Assembly: GCA_963668625.2 (NCBI GenBank)
Contig: CAXXKA010000006.1
Span: 1 to 64,000, forward strand
Reading direction: 5' to 3'
DNA: 64,000 nucleotides
Source: an uncultured candidate division Zixibacteria bacterium
GTDB taxonomy: Bacteria; Zixibacteria; MSB-5A5; UBA10806; 4484-95
Shown: piece by piece, positions 1-11,208 of the stretch
How positions within the stretch are numbered: the stretch's first letter is position 1
Layout: each line of letters opens with the position of its first letter
The notes under the pieces: model-generated
Told to the model about the DNA's origin: nothing
What the model saw: only the letters and a program-made list of their open reading frames with translations
Databases searched by the model: none
Made by a program: the position numbers and the translations under genes

Positions 1-102
1 TGTCAAACGCATTTTGGTCAAATATAATGGGTGTAAAGAATTCTGATTAAATAAAACGGAACATAGACGATTATAATACGGTAGTATATAGAGCGAATAT
101 CA

Positions 103-131
103 TTGACCATGCTGGTTATAATTTGTATATT
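103..131 (+). promoter_or_regulatory. Putative sigma70 promoter of tmRNA (left copy)
   Basis: TTGACC (103-108), 17-nt spacer, TATATT (126-131), upstream of tmRNA 5' end at 155. Confidence 0.55.
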
Positions 132-154
132 CGCGATTAGTTCTTTGATAACAT

Positions 155-508
155 GGGGGCGACAGGCTTCGACGGGTCTAGTTGGTTAGGGTCTGCGTGT
201 CGATGTCCCGAGCATCGTTAAAAACGGGAACCAAAATATTAAATGGCGACGATTATTCGTATGCTATGGCTGCCTAGTTAATGGCGCCCATCCTGGTTAG
301 CGCGCTTTCCGGCTTAGCACAGGGTGACGATTAGGGAAGCTGGCGATTGAGAGAGTGCTTCTGCTCGATATCGCGAGAAATGAGTGAGGCTGGCCCGGCT
401 GAGAGCATGGTTTCCGGCGCTCATCGGGCGAGATTAACAGGAAACCTACACATGTAGACGGCCCGTACCGGGTATTCTCGGACGGGGGTTCGATTCCCCC
501 CGCCTCCA
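155..508 (+). ncRNA. ssrA: tmRNA (left-arm copy)
   Basis: 5' GGGGGCG pairs with 3' CGCCTCC-A including G3-U alanine identity pair; T-arm GGGGGTTCGATTCCCCC; tag reading frame GDDYSYAMAA* at 245-277; CCA not encoded. Confidence 0.95.
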
Positions 509-615
509 TTTTACTTTTTCCTCATTTTCTAACTTTTTACTTGACAACAGATTACAGAAAATTATATTCTTAGCAGAAAGGGCTTGTGCCATGTTTGTGC
601 CAAGCAAATTCAATT

Positions 616-1715
616 ATGGCGAGAATTTATCAAAGAGGAAAAATCTGGTATCTGGACCTAACCTATAAAGGACGGCGAGTCCGGAAAAGATTGGTACGTC
701 CAAGAAAATGGCGGAACTTGCCTTAAAAGATGCCGAGATCAAGATAATCAAAGACGAATACGGTTTTTCCAAAAGCGATATTACAATCGAATCGCTGGTT
801 GAAAAGTTTTTGGAATATAATCGGACTAATCATAGAGCCACAACAATGAAACGGTATAAAGCAGTTACAGATCATTTCAGAAGATTCCTCACTGAAAAAC
901 GAAAGATATTGTAATGCTATCTCAAATTACACCTGAGATTTTAGAGGAGTATAAAACATTTCGAAGAGATGAATGGGTTAATCCCAACGGAAAATCACCC
1001 AATTCTGAAAATGCTCGAAAAGGTGCAAGAACGCGCACGGTCAATTTAGAATTGGATGGTCTGAAAACGATGTTTAACCTTGCTATCAAATGGGGCTATC
1101 TAAAAGAGAATCCCAGGAAGCACGTTAAGCTATTTAAGATGACGATAAAAAACCGCTTAGATTCTTGACCGAGGAAGAATGTTCGAGATTTCTAGCGGCG
1201 ACGCCCAAAAACCTCTACCCTGTTTACTTCACTTTTCTAAGTACCGGAATGCGAAAAGCTGAACTGGAACATCTTCGCTGGAGTGATATTGACCTGGCAA
1301 ATCGAAAATATTTATCCAGAAAAAACCCGACTGGCAACCTAAGACAGGTGAACGCGAAATTCCGATTAGCGATGATTTATTCCAAATCCTTTCCGAGCAT
1401 AAGAAAAAGAACAGAAAAGCCGGTAAAGGTGATTACGTATTTCATGTAATCGAAAGCGACAAATCACATAACATGCTCCGCAACGAGCTTATTAAAATAG
1501 CCCAGGGCGCTGAAATACCAGATTTTACAAAAGTCCATACTCTACGCCACACCTTTGCCAGCCATTTGGTAATGCAAGGCGTCGATCTACCGACCATTCA
1601 AAAGTTAATGGGACATTCCGACATAGAAACGACCATGATTTACGCCCATTTAGCCCCAGATCACTTATCAAAAGCTGTAAACAAATTGCCAATAAAAGTA
1701 TCTAAGAATAATTAA
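616..1715 (+). pseudogene. Phage-type tyrosine integrase, frameshifted copy (likely sequencing errors)
   Basis: Mirror of intact 16848..17951; four 1-nt deletions in A-runs split it into ORF fragments 708-914, 914-1168, 1165-1449 and 1473-1715. Confidence 0.9.
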
Positions 1716-2042
1716 AGAAATGTTATGACATTCGGGTTATGAGCTTGCTTTAGTGTCCGAACACCAGAAAGCACCAGACACTAACCTGTAATATTAGCAA
1801 TAAGTTACAGGGAATACGGTTTCTGGTGTTTTCTCTTATTTTCTGCCGTAAGGCTTTTACATATACTTTTTGAAAAGGATTATATTCATATTCTCAAACA
1901 TATTATTCTTATCATTTGCATATGATCGTCTTACTGTAAATATAGGACGGAACCTCTTGGGTTCTACCGTAAAAACCTGCGGTGCCGATGTACCTATGCA
2001 TTCAAGATTGACGGCGTCCGAGCGTGATCTTATATAGATAAA

Positions 2043-2294
2043 ATGGAACCTAGCATAAAAGGTGGATTGATTATTGCCCATGATCTAAAGGTTGAAGGTA
2101 TTGCTGGAAAGGTAACTGTAGAACCCTACGACGCATATGTGCTCGTTAGTGTCACGGGTGACGCGCTGTCATCTCAGGCTATCAAGTCCACACTGTCGAA
2201 GGCAGTGGAGAAGTCAGTCAAGGTTGATCTTGGTATCGTGATCCATCAAGCTACACTGTTAACACTAACTTCCAACAAGAATAAAATGTTTTGA
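2043..2294 (+). CDS. Small hypothetical protein (left copy)
   Basis: 83-aa ORF identical to 16268..16519; no recognised motif. Confidence 0.4.
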   Translation: MEPSIKGGLIIAHDLKVEGIAGKVTVEPYDAYVLVSVTGDALSSQAIKSTLSKAVEKSVKVDLGIVIHQATLLTLTSNKNKMF

Positions 2295-2376
2295 AAAGAT
2301 GTTGTATTGTGCTATATTAAAGTTTTAAATAAGTCACATAGGCTGGCATAAAAGTATTCAAACCTTGTGAGTCGAA

Positions 2377-3187
2377 ATGAGCAAATATCTAATATTCGCC
2401 GTTGATGCAAACAATAGAAAATCAGCTATAAAATATTGCCTAAAATTACTAAAAGAAAAAATATGGTTGATGATGTTTATGCGGTTAAGGTAGGAATCTT
2501 GAATATTATAGACGATGTTTATCAATTATCAAAGAAATCAAGAAAAAAACGGGTTTATCAGTTATATGTGATTTAAAATTAGCTGAAATCCCTACTATCG
2601 CTGTAGATATCGCAAAAAAAGTCTATCTGGCAGGTGCTCAAGGAATTGTGGTACAGGGATTCGTTGGAAAATCTGTTATTTCAGCCATAAAAGAAGGAGT
2701 GCCTGATCTTGATATTTATGTGGTTTCAGAGATGACTCATAATGATGGAGGTTTTACTCATAGTCACCTGGAAGATATTGTAAAAATGGCAATGGAACAA
2801 GGTGTTGCAGGAATTATTGGGCCAGGAAATAGGCCTAATAGATTGAGAAAGATGCGAAAGCTATTGCCTTCTAAATACAAAATTATTGCGGCAGGAGTAT
2901 CTAAACGTCAACATGGGGATAAAAAAGAAGCTTTGGCCGCTGGTGCTGATTTTATTATAGAAGGAAGCGATATCCGCGCGCTATTAGATGCAGATGATGA
3001 CAAAAGAGATTTTATCCGAACAGTAATGGTATATTTACTGGTTGGGATTATTTTGGCGGTATTCCTAAGTATAGCAAGCAAGACTGCTAATCTAAATTTT
3101 ATGGCAGATAAACCGATTCTAAATGTTATTGTCCTTTCGTTTTGGCAATTGCCGGGGCAGTTGTTGGCCTATTTAAGAAGGCGGTGA
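2377..3187 (+). pseudogene. OMP decarboxylase-like protein with C-terminal TM helices, frameshifted copy
   Basis: Mirror of 15373..16185 with three 1-nt deletions and one insertion. Confidence 0.85.
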
Positions 3188-3948
3188 TTAATATGTTAGA
3201 TTCAGCAGGAATAATTTTCGCAGCAGATATAAGTAAGAAAGAATTTCTTTTAAATACGATTAGGGCAGTCTCTCCTTTTGTGGAAGCAATAAAAATAGGC
3301 AATCTTGTATTATTAGAGTATGGATTAGAAATTATTAAAATCATTAAGGATAATACTAACAAACCTTTGCTAGTCGATATTAAATTTATGGATATTCAAT
3401 ATATTGCCGAACAAATAGTAACCAAAATTATATCTGAGGGCGGCGATGGAATTATGATTTCAGGAGTTGTCGGGGGAGATGTTATCTCATCCTGTAGGAA
3501 GATTATGTCAAATGAAATGCTTTTCATTTTTACGCAATTTACTCATATGACGGGATTAATTAGCGATGAAATAGCAGACGAGTGTATTGATTTATCGATT
3601 GCGCTAAAATGTGATGGTGTACAAATTCCAGCGACCATTCCACATAGAATATTGAATGTAAGAGAAAAGGTAGGCGATAAGTTAACTATAATCTCATGTG
3701 GTATTGGTGCACAAGGCGCAAATATTGGAAGTGCTATAGCTTCCGGCGCAAATTATGAAATCATTGGAAGAAGTATTTATCAGCCTATTGCTCCAAATCA
3801 TTCACCAGCAGAAGCTGCGGAAAGTATTAGAAGGGATATAGAAAAAATATTATTATTAAAAGATAGAAAACTTTCTTTAAATAAAAAAAATATAAATTGG
3901 TTACCACTTAATAAGGCTGATTTAATACTTCGCCCTAAAACCTCATAA
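3184..3948 (+). CDS. OMP decarboxylase-like TIM-barrel protein (left copy)
   Basis: DIKFMDI motif, GIGAQG and IIGRSIY; mirror of 14612..15376. Confidence 0.85.
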   Translation: MINMLDSAGIIFAADISKKEFLLNTIRAVSPFVEAIKIGNLVLLEYGLEIIKIIKDNTNKPLLVDIKFMDIQYIAEQIVTKIISEGGDGIMISGVVGGDVISSCRKIMSNEMLFIFTQFTHMTGLISDEIADECIDLSIALKCDGVQIPATIPHRILNVREKVGDKLTIISCGIGAQGANIGSAIASGANYEIIGRSIYQPIAPNHSPAEAAESIRRDIEKILLLKDRKLSLNKKNINWLPLNKADLILRPKTS

Positions 3949-4683
3949 CGGCCCTCAAATTGTCAATAAGTACATTAATATGTTCTCCATGTATTATTAC
4001 AGCTATAAATAAAATATATAATATCTCTGCTAAGAAACTTAATGATCATCATTTATAGCATTCCTAACAATAATAAGTGCAGGAATTTGGGACTGTAATT
4101 ACGGAAGATACAGCAGCGATATTTAAACGGACCGTCGAAAAGAGCTAATGAAGATTCCTTTGGTCGGTAAAGTAGCAGAAGTTGCAGTTGGAACAGCAGT
4201 CCATCAAACTATCATTAAAGAATCGGGTACTAAAAAAAGCTTGAATGGATTGGAATAAGGTGAAATAAAAACGACTTATTCTGACACTTGCGACAAATAA
4301 ATTAAATTGAATCGATACCTGTAATTTCCACAGATAAAAAGCTTCCTGCTGTTTTAACGATTTCCATTTCCAGGCCTTATTATATCCTCTTCCTACACCC
4401 ATCTTATTAAAATATAACAACTTAACCCAAGAAATAGAAAAACCAAGATTATGCTGGTTTACAGCCTATCCCCGCTATACTATTATTTATTCTTTATATC
4501 AATTACCTCATCTTTATCATTCATCTCTTACCTCAAACCTCAATAACTATTCACTATTCATATTCCTTTCCCCGCGCGAAGCGCGGGGCAGTACCAATAA
4601 CCGTCCGAAGGACGGCAATTTTCCATTTATTCTTCATAATAGAATTTATAGAGAGTTACTGTTCTACATTAAGCAACTTAATT

Positions 4684-5841
4684 CTATAATACAAAATCAA
4701 ATTTTTTCCCCGAAACTTCATCTAGATTATTAAACATACTCTGATTCTTTTTAGCTAACGATGATAATACAGCCATGAAATGTTTCCCATTCATTAATGA
4801 GTTTATCTTATCCTTAAGCTCAGCAATTTCCTGTTCAAGCCGCTCAACCTTACTTGACTCAATTGCTTTTACGACCTTTTGAGCGCCAATATCCCCGCTA
4901 TATAAATATGTCTTTATATATGTCAAGGCTTCCTTGCTCCCGAATTTCCACCCATACCGATAATAAAATCCCCCGATGTTTTCTGCGCCAAATCCACCAT
5001 ATTGAATATAGTGTGTGGCTGAACTATGTCTTAACTCATGGGGTTTGATGTTAAAACCCAATATACGGTATGACATCTGCTTGATTATCTTCCTGGCATT
5101 ATCATATCTAATTGGAAACAAGTAATCATCTTTATATCCAGTAGGATGTTCCTTTAACCATTGAAAAGTTATCTTCTGAGAAATGGGAATTGGGATTGTC
5201 CTATCAGCCTCTTCTGTCTTTTGGCCTCGTAAATGGACTTTTAAAAATCCAACTTCGCTATTATTAGCATTTAGTAAATCCTTAATCCTGACATTCAAAG
5301 CTTCCTCAATTCTGGCACCAGAATCGAATAAAAATAAAAACAGACATTTGTTTCTTAAATATGGTTCTCTCTTAATAATCTGCTCCGCCTCTTTTAGAGT
5401 AATTGCTTTCTTATCTGATTTTTTATAATCCTCTTTCATCCAGGATATTGTTTTCCGATACCTGATAGATGACCTTCCCCAGAGCCATCCTAAATACCTT
5501 TTTAAGGTTTTAACAAATTCATCTTTTGAAGCCTGAGCGTAAGGCATACCATTTACTTTAGCAATTCTATTGTCCTGTAAATCCATATAGCAATCAGTGG
5601 CTTCCTTTTCAGATATATTATCCAAGTCTTTCATAAAGTAGCAATGAAGTTTAATCATAAATTGCAAGTAATTATTCAATCTTCTATCTTTTACTTTACT
5701 ACCAGCCTTACCAATTCTTAAATCAATAACAAATCTTCTGATATTTTCTTTTTGTTTGTCGCTCATAGAAGAGGCTAATATTCTTCTCGTAAAAACTTCA
5801 TTGTTTTGTTTTGAATTGTGTATGTCTCTATAGTCCTGCAT
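4684..5841 (-). CDS. Tyrosine recombinase/integrase (left copy)
   Basis: Identical translation to 12719..13876. Confidence 0.9.
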   Translation of the reverse strand: MQDYRDIHNSKQNNEVFTRRILASSMSDKQKENIRRFVIDLRIGKAGSKVKDRRLNNYLQFMIKLHCYFMKDLDNISEKEATDCYMDLQDNRIAKVNGMPYAQASKDEFVKTLKRYLGWLWGRSSIRYRKTISWMKEDYKKSDKKAITLKEAEQIIKREPYLRNKCLFLFLFDSGARIEEALNVRIKDLLNANNSEVGFLKVHLRGQKTEEADRTIPIPISQKITFQWLKEHPTGYKDDYLFPIRYDNARKIIKQMSYRILGFNIKPHELRHSSATHYIQYGGFGAENIGGFYYRYGWKFGSKEALTYIKTYLYSGDIGAQKVVKAIESSKVERLEQEIAELKDKINSLMNGKHFMAVLSSLAKKNQSMFNNLDEVSGKKFDFVL

Positions 5842-6509
5842 TGTTAAGTTTTAAAGAGACATCAATATATATGCGTTATTCTGATTTTTAGGGGATAAAT
5901 ATATATCCCTCCACCCTGATATAGATTTATCCGGTGGTTTTCAGAATCAATGCAAATTTATTCTGATATACCAATTATATCAATGTCTCATTGATTTAAT
6001 GATTGCCCCATTTTTGTAATAGATAGATTTATAATCCACTTGATTGATAATCAAGACCATTACAACCTAAGGGCAATCAATCAACTTTTTAGTTCGTCAA
6101 TAATTCTAATTCTGTGAAGTATTTATATTTTTCGTTTCCCATAGAATTTCCCGTCGATGTACTAATAATCAGCACAAAGAATACATAACACTTCAGTCAT
6201 TTTCAATGCATTTGTCGGAGTATAAAAAGAAGTTGCTCCAAAACCTCTTAAAGTTGAATCCAATATTGATATTTGTGAAAATTATTTGAGTGTTGAGAAG
6301 GATGGGGGGCTCTTGAGAAAAACGATTAAAACATACACCCCCAGGACTATGAATCACTTCTTTTACTTCCCGAAATGTATATAAATATGACGACGTAATA
6401 CTGCAGTTACAATAATAATAATGAATCTTCGTAAATAAAGGAAGTGCTTACAAATTTGTTGATGATTTGAGAGAAAAATACTTAAATCTTCAGGGCGTTA
6501 TGATTTCTG

Positions 6510-7351
6510 ATGGATAATATTATATTTACATTAAATAAACTTTGTGATGCTCAGCCTTTTAAGGTGGGATGGTACATTATAAATCTTCGAACCGGCTCGG
6601 AATTCAATAGAAACGGGTCTGATATATTTCTGCAGCTAGCGTACGAAAGATTGCTATCCTAATGGCAGCTTTAAATGCAATATGCGAAAATAAAGTTTCT
6701 CTGAATAGGAAAATAACTATAATGAGAAAATTTCAAAAAAATAATTCAGGTCCAATAAGATTATTGAGGCCAGGTTTCACAATAACATTAAAGGATGCTC
6801 TAATTCTCATGATTATAGTCAGCGATTGTACTTGCACTGGCCATATAGTCGACTTAATTGGAGTTAATAGGATTAATTATTATTGTAAATCTATTGGATT
6901 GGTTAATACAAAAATTAAAAAAGGATTTCCGCCCTTAGGGAAAGAATCACTACATAAATATATGGATATAACATCGCCAAAAGATATAGCTAATTTACTG
7001 AAATTAATTTTAAAAGGATCGAAAAAAATAAGAGATGCTAGAAAAATCGGGTGCACTCCTAAATTATGTAAGTTAGCCTTAAATATTCTCAATAAGCAAG
7101 AGCTCAATACAAGGTTGCCCCTGTTACTTCCAGATAAAGCCAAAGCGGCGCACAAGACGGGCACTAGAAAAGGCGTAACAAATGATGCAGGGATTATATA
7201 CTTTAAAAACAAACCATTATTCATAATAACAGTTTTTACAAAAAACAAAATTAATTCGCCTACTCAAAGATCCTCCATTAATTTATTTACTGCAAAATTG
7301 TGCAAATATTGTTTTAATAGCTTCTTAAAGTACAAATACAAGCAATCATGA
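6510..7351 (+). pseudogene. Class A beta-lactamase-like serine hydrolase with frameshift near 6629 (left copy)
   Basis: Frame from ATG 6510 gives MDNIIFTLNKLCDAQPFKVGWYIINLRTG...SDIF; the -1 frame continues SAASVRK (SxxK)...SDC...HKTG. Confidence 0.75.
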
Positions 7352-7566
7352 TTTGATAATAACCGATCTCGTCTGATTCAGAATAATGTTTTGTGTCATG
7401 CCTTCGCGACAGGCGATAACAATACGGGCCGTACGCTTATCATGATTTCTTAAAAAATCAATAGAGTAAAAAGGGACTTAAACTAATAAATTCTTGACAG
7501 CCATAATCTTTTATGATTAATTAGAGAAAATATTTAAGTATAACTACAGATAATTAGAAGTTATCT

Positions 7567-8577
7567 ATGATTCCTAAACCATTAACTCTATCAAAATATG
7601 AGAGAGACAACCTAAAAGTATTATATTTAGCAAAATATGCTGGTAATTTTGATTTAGAACTTGCGAGAATTGAAAAATTCGATGGTATAGCACCCAAATA
7701 TCACAGGGAGATAAGGGAGATAATTACCAACTTAGATCTCTCGATTTGTTCATCAAACGATTTCGACTATCTCATATCTCAAGGAGTCAATTATAATTAT
7801 ATATTTTCAGTTTATAATCGTGCTCCATTTAGAAACAGCGAAATATTATGCTCAGCAATTTGCGAATATCTAAAAATAGCATACTTAGGAGCGGCTCCAC
7901 ATATCAGAAGTCTAGCTGAAGATAAACATTTAGCCAAAATATTCATAAGGAATTTAGGAATTTTGACGCCAAAGTGGCGAATATATAAAGCAAGGAATTC
8001 CTTATTTGAACCACCTGATTTTTGTGGACCATATTTTATTAAACCTAGATTTGGGGCATCTTCAGAAGGGATAGATGAAAATTCGATCCAAATTTCATGG
8101 CATAAAGCTAAATGTCGCGTTGAAGAATTAATCACTAAAGGAATTGATGTAATGGTCGAAGAATTTATTCCTGGCAAAAATATTACAATGCCGGTCATTG
8201 GCCACATCCAACCTTGGATTTTGCCTTGTATGGAAAATATCTCAAATATCAAAGGAAATATATTATCTTTTCGAATTAAGCGCCTTTTAGATGGAGGATT
8301 ATCAAGGATGAGATTTTATAATAATGAAATTGAATCAATTTGTAATAAAATCGGCATGGTGATGTATAAAAGTATAGAACCAGTTGATTATTTTAGAGTC
8401 GATTTTCGATATAATGATTTAAAACGCTCTCTGTACTTTTTAGAATTCAACATCTGCTCGAACTTGGGATCGCATTCCACAATTTCTTCATCAGCAAGGG
8501 AAATAGATGTCCAGCAAAAACAATTGTTAGAACATATTATAACCTTCAGCATTAGAAGGCAAAAAGTATTCGGATAA
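7567..8577 (+). CDS. ATP-grasp ligase, D-Ala-D-Ala ligase-like (divergent)
   Basis: EDKHLAK, FIKPRFGASSEGI, MVEEFIPG, RVDFR and FLEFN motifs; lacks the canonical N-terminal GGxSxEHEVS of Ddl. Confidence 0.8.
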   Translation: MIPKPLTLSKYERDNLKVLYLAKYAGNFDLELARIEKFDGIAPKYHREIREIITNLDLSICSSNDFDYLISQGVNYNYIFSVYNRAPFRNSEILCSAICEYLKIAYLGAAPHIRSLAEDKHLAKIFIRNLGILTPKWRIYKARNSLFEPPDFCGPYFIKPRFGASSEGIDENSIQISWHKAKCRVEELITKGIDVMVEEFIPGKNITMPVIGHIQPWILPCMENISNIKGNILSFRIKRLLDGGLSRMRFYNNEIESICNKIGMVMYKSIEPVDYFRVDFRYNDLKRSLYFLEFNICSNLGSHSTISSSAREIDVQQKQLLEHIITFSIRRQKVFG

Positions 8578-10941
8578 TAGTTCATAGGGATCTTGGTACC
8601 AATATTGGAGTAAGCAGTAGGAATATAGTTGTATTAAGTTTTCCTTCGTTAATTGCGTTTGAGATGCTATAGCCCTTTCTATAGCTTTGACCGTTCGTAA
8701 AGTAGCTGATTTGTTTTTTCTATCGGGATTTAATAAAGCTATCGATACTAACCTTTCGATCTCTTTATCTTTTATATCTAAATGAGTCCTAATTAGCGCA
8801 GCATTAATATAGTATTTTTGTGCCATTCTTGAAAAAGTAGAGTTTTCTACTTTTTGCAGTATTTGTTCTAGTATTTCAATTGCCATTTTAGCCTTATTCT
8901 CCATAATCATGCTTAAGGCTTTATTTAATTTTGTATATACTTCAGGCATAATAGAATTATTATTAAACAAGAGAGATCTTTTGAAATGGATATTTGCTCT
9001 TTTTATGTCTCCCGCATTTAGGGCTACAACCCCCAGATTGTTTTCAATTATGTGTAAATGATGAACTCCATATATTTCAAGCCCCTTAAAAGCTTTTTCA
9101 AAATACCTCTGTGATTTTTTATAATAATTACATGAATGCACAACCGTGCCCAAATTATTAACTGTTGTAAATAAACCAAATTTATTATCGTTTTGCTTAA
9201 ACAGCTTCACAGCATTGCCTAACATGTCAGAAGCTTGTTTCTCTGGAAAAGCCGAAGAGGCATTTCTTAAAAAATAGGGGAAATTTTTTGCATTCTTTAA
9301 TTTATTTTTATTATCGTGGTATAATTCTCGAGCAGCTTTAACACAATTCTCATGTAATAACCCACTTATTTTGAAGGATAAAAGTAGAGCGTTCTGTTCG
9401 ACTGGCATTCTGTTTTCGAGTAGCCGGTTTACTAATTGCTCCGCCTCTTTGTGTCGTCTACAACGATTTAGACAAAAAGCAAGTAATATCCTACAGGTAC
9501 TATAGTCAGCCCATATTTTATATAAAGGATTTTGTAAAAGCGATAAGGCTTTAGTATATTTTCTTAAAGACATTAATGATACTACTCTAAGCAAAAAATC
9601 TTCAATGCAGGCTATATTGTCAGCGGGAATCGCTTCGTCAATATACTCTTGCGCGTTAGCAATGCTACATACGCTTAATGATGAAGATAAAATATTGTAA
9701 GCATGGTATTTTAAACTTGAATTATCTACTTTTTTAGCAAGTCGGTAAAGCAAAGGGGATATCTCTGCTTTCGAATGGAAATAATTATTTTTCTCTAATA
9801 AGTCCATATAATACCTATATAGCTGTTCAGTTATTACAAGTGATTCGGCGCCTGATCTATCAAGGTCGGGTATTTCCGGACTTGAATATGCTTGTAGCTC
9901 TACTAAAGTATCTCCCCCCGGGAGCTTTATTGTTTGGATAATATTTCTCCGTTTAAATTCAAGAATTACATCCTCTAATTCGCTAATACTCTTGTAAAAC
10001 AACTCCGGACTTTTCGCACAAAGAGCAATTAAGTCGGATTTTCTCAAACCCTGTTGAGCAACATTAAGGAATAATAATAATTTTTTATTTAACTGATGTC
10101 CTTTGGATAAGTTATTTTGTCTGTCTATTTCGGAAAGACTATTTGACTTATAAAAATACTTCAGTATTCTATATATATTTCCTTCCGTTGAAGCCACAAT
10201 ATCCATAATTTCAACCGGGGCTAAAGGATAACTGAAATACTTGGCCAATGACATTATAAATTGTTGATTGGGAGGATTAAATTTAAGTTTTTGTATATTA
10301 TATCCTAGACTGATTATGCGATCATCAAAATCCGAGTAGGAGAGGTTCTTACTTTCCCTATCTATATAGCCAAATACATAAGTTAAATTATGATAAATTT
10401 TTGAAGATGTAGTTCTAATTAAATCCATTGATGATAAATCTAAATCTTGAGCATTATCCATAAATATTAATACTCGATGTTCACTAGCTATTTCCACTAG
10501 ACACTCACATATTAGTTCTGAGGTAAGAGAGGGGAAGGCTGTATAATCATATCCCGCCAATGATATATTTCTGTCTGTCAATTCCTCTAGGAGAGGGCCA
10601 GCATAAGGTATACCTGCCAAAGCTTTTGATAGTATCCTTAATCCCCTAGATTTTCCAGATTTTTTATTTACATAGCTTTGCCAGTGCCGCCTATATGATG
10701 AATTTAATTGGATTAGTATTTGGGCAAAAACACTGTTATTTATCTTATTAGAGCCATTTAGGAAAAAAGTATAGGGTTCATCTGAATATTGATTTAAATA
10801 GTGTTTTATAAAATGCGTAAAACCAGTCGCAGGATTTGAAGAATATAAAACAGCTTTTACTTCACCATAAAAATCATGCTTTATTATTTTTGTCAAATCA
10901 CGAATTTCAGAAGTTCTATTTAAGAAAAGACTATTATCCAT
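8527..10941 (-). CDS. 804-aa protein: N-terminal degenerate P-loop NTPase-like region plus C-terminal TPR repeats
   Basis: FLNRTSEI start, SNPATGFT at the Walker A position, LIFMDNAQ Walker B; NNLG-type TPR helices (VNNLGTV, ENNLGVV); GAGGT RBS. Confidence 0.7.
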   Translation of the reverse strand: MDNSLFLNRTSEIRDLTKIIKHDFYGEVKAVLYSSNPATGFTHFIKHYLNQYSDEPYTFFLNGSNKINNSVFAQILIQLNSSYRRHWQSYVNKKSGKSRGLRILSKALAGIPYAGPLLEELTDRNISLAGYDYTAFPSLTSELICECLVEIASEHRVLIFMDNAQDLDLSSMDLIRTTSSKIYHNLTYVFGYIDRESKNLSYSDFDDRIISLGYNIQKLKFNPPNQQFIMSLAKYFSYPLAPVEIMDIVASTEGNIYRILKYFYKSNSLSEIDRQNNLSKGHQLNKKLLLFLNVAQQGLRKSDLIALCAKSPELFYKSISELEDVILEFKRRNIIQTIKLPGGDTLVELQAYSSPEIPDLDRSGAESLVITEQLYRYYMDLLEKNNYFHSKAEISPLLYRLAKKVDNSSLKYHAYNILSSSLSVCSIANAQEYIDEAIPADNIACIEDFLLRVVSLMSLRKYTKALSLLQNPLYKIWADYSTCRILLAFCLNRCRRHKEAEQLVNRLLENRMPVEQNALLLSFKISGLLHENCVKAARELYHDNKNKLKNAKNFPYFLRNASSAFPEKQASDMLGNAVKLFKQNDNKFGLFTTVNNLGTVVHSCNYYKKSQRYFEKAFKGLEIYGVHHLHIIENNLGVVALNAGDIKRANIHFKRSLLFNNNSIMPEVYTKLNKALSMIMENKAKMAIEILEQILQKVENSTFSRMAQKYYINAALIRTHLDIKDKEIERLVSIALLNPDRKNKSATLRTVKAIERAIASQTQLTKENLIQLYSYCLLQYWYQDPYELLSEYFLPSNAEGYNMF

Positions 10942-11208
10942 AACCTCAAGATCTAGATATTAATTTACGATTATCGTTACTAATCGAAATCATAGATAAC
11001 TTCTAATTATCTGTAGTTATACTTAAATATTTTCTCTAATTAATCATAAAAGATTATGGCTGTCAAGAATTTATTAGTTTAAGTCCCTTTTTACTCTATT
11101 GATTTTTTAAGAAATCATGATAAGCGTACGGCCCGTATTGTTATCGCCTGTCGCGAAGGCATGACACAAAACATTATTCTGAATCAGACGAGATCGGTTA
11201 TTATCAAA

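Larger units (their letters stand above)
1..7572. repeat. Left arm of ~7.57-kb inverted repeat (mirror of 10988..18567)
   Basis: Base 1 (tgtcaaacgc...) is the reverse complement of ...gcgtttgaca ending at 18567. Identity runs to ttatctATGATT (7572), matching 10988. Same ORFs are mirrored; 9 single-base deletions and 1 insertion relative to the right arm, all before ~3170. Confidence 0.97.

Noticed and set aside
297-509. 70-aa ORF MEAGGIEPPS... (and mirror 18058..18270)
   Set aside because: Antisense reading of the tmRNA 3' end.
708-1715. Four separate small integrase ORFs or programmed frameshifting
   Set aside because: They are fragments of one gene that is intact in the mirror arm; the breaks are single-base losses in A-runs.
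3142-3183. N-terminal extension MAIAGAVVGLFKKA of the second OMPDC-like ORF
   Set aside because: Created by the left-arm 1-nt insertion; absent from the right copy.
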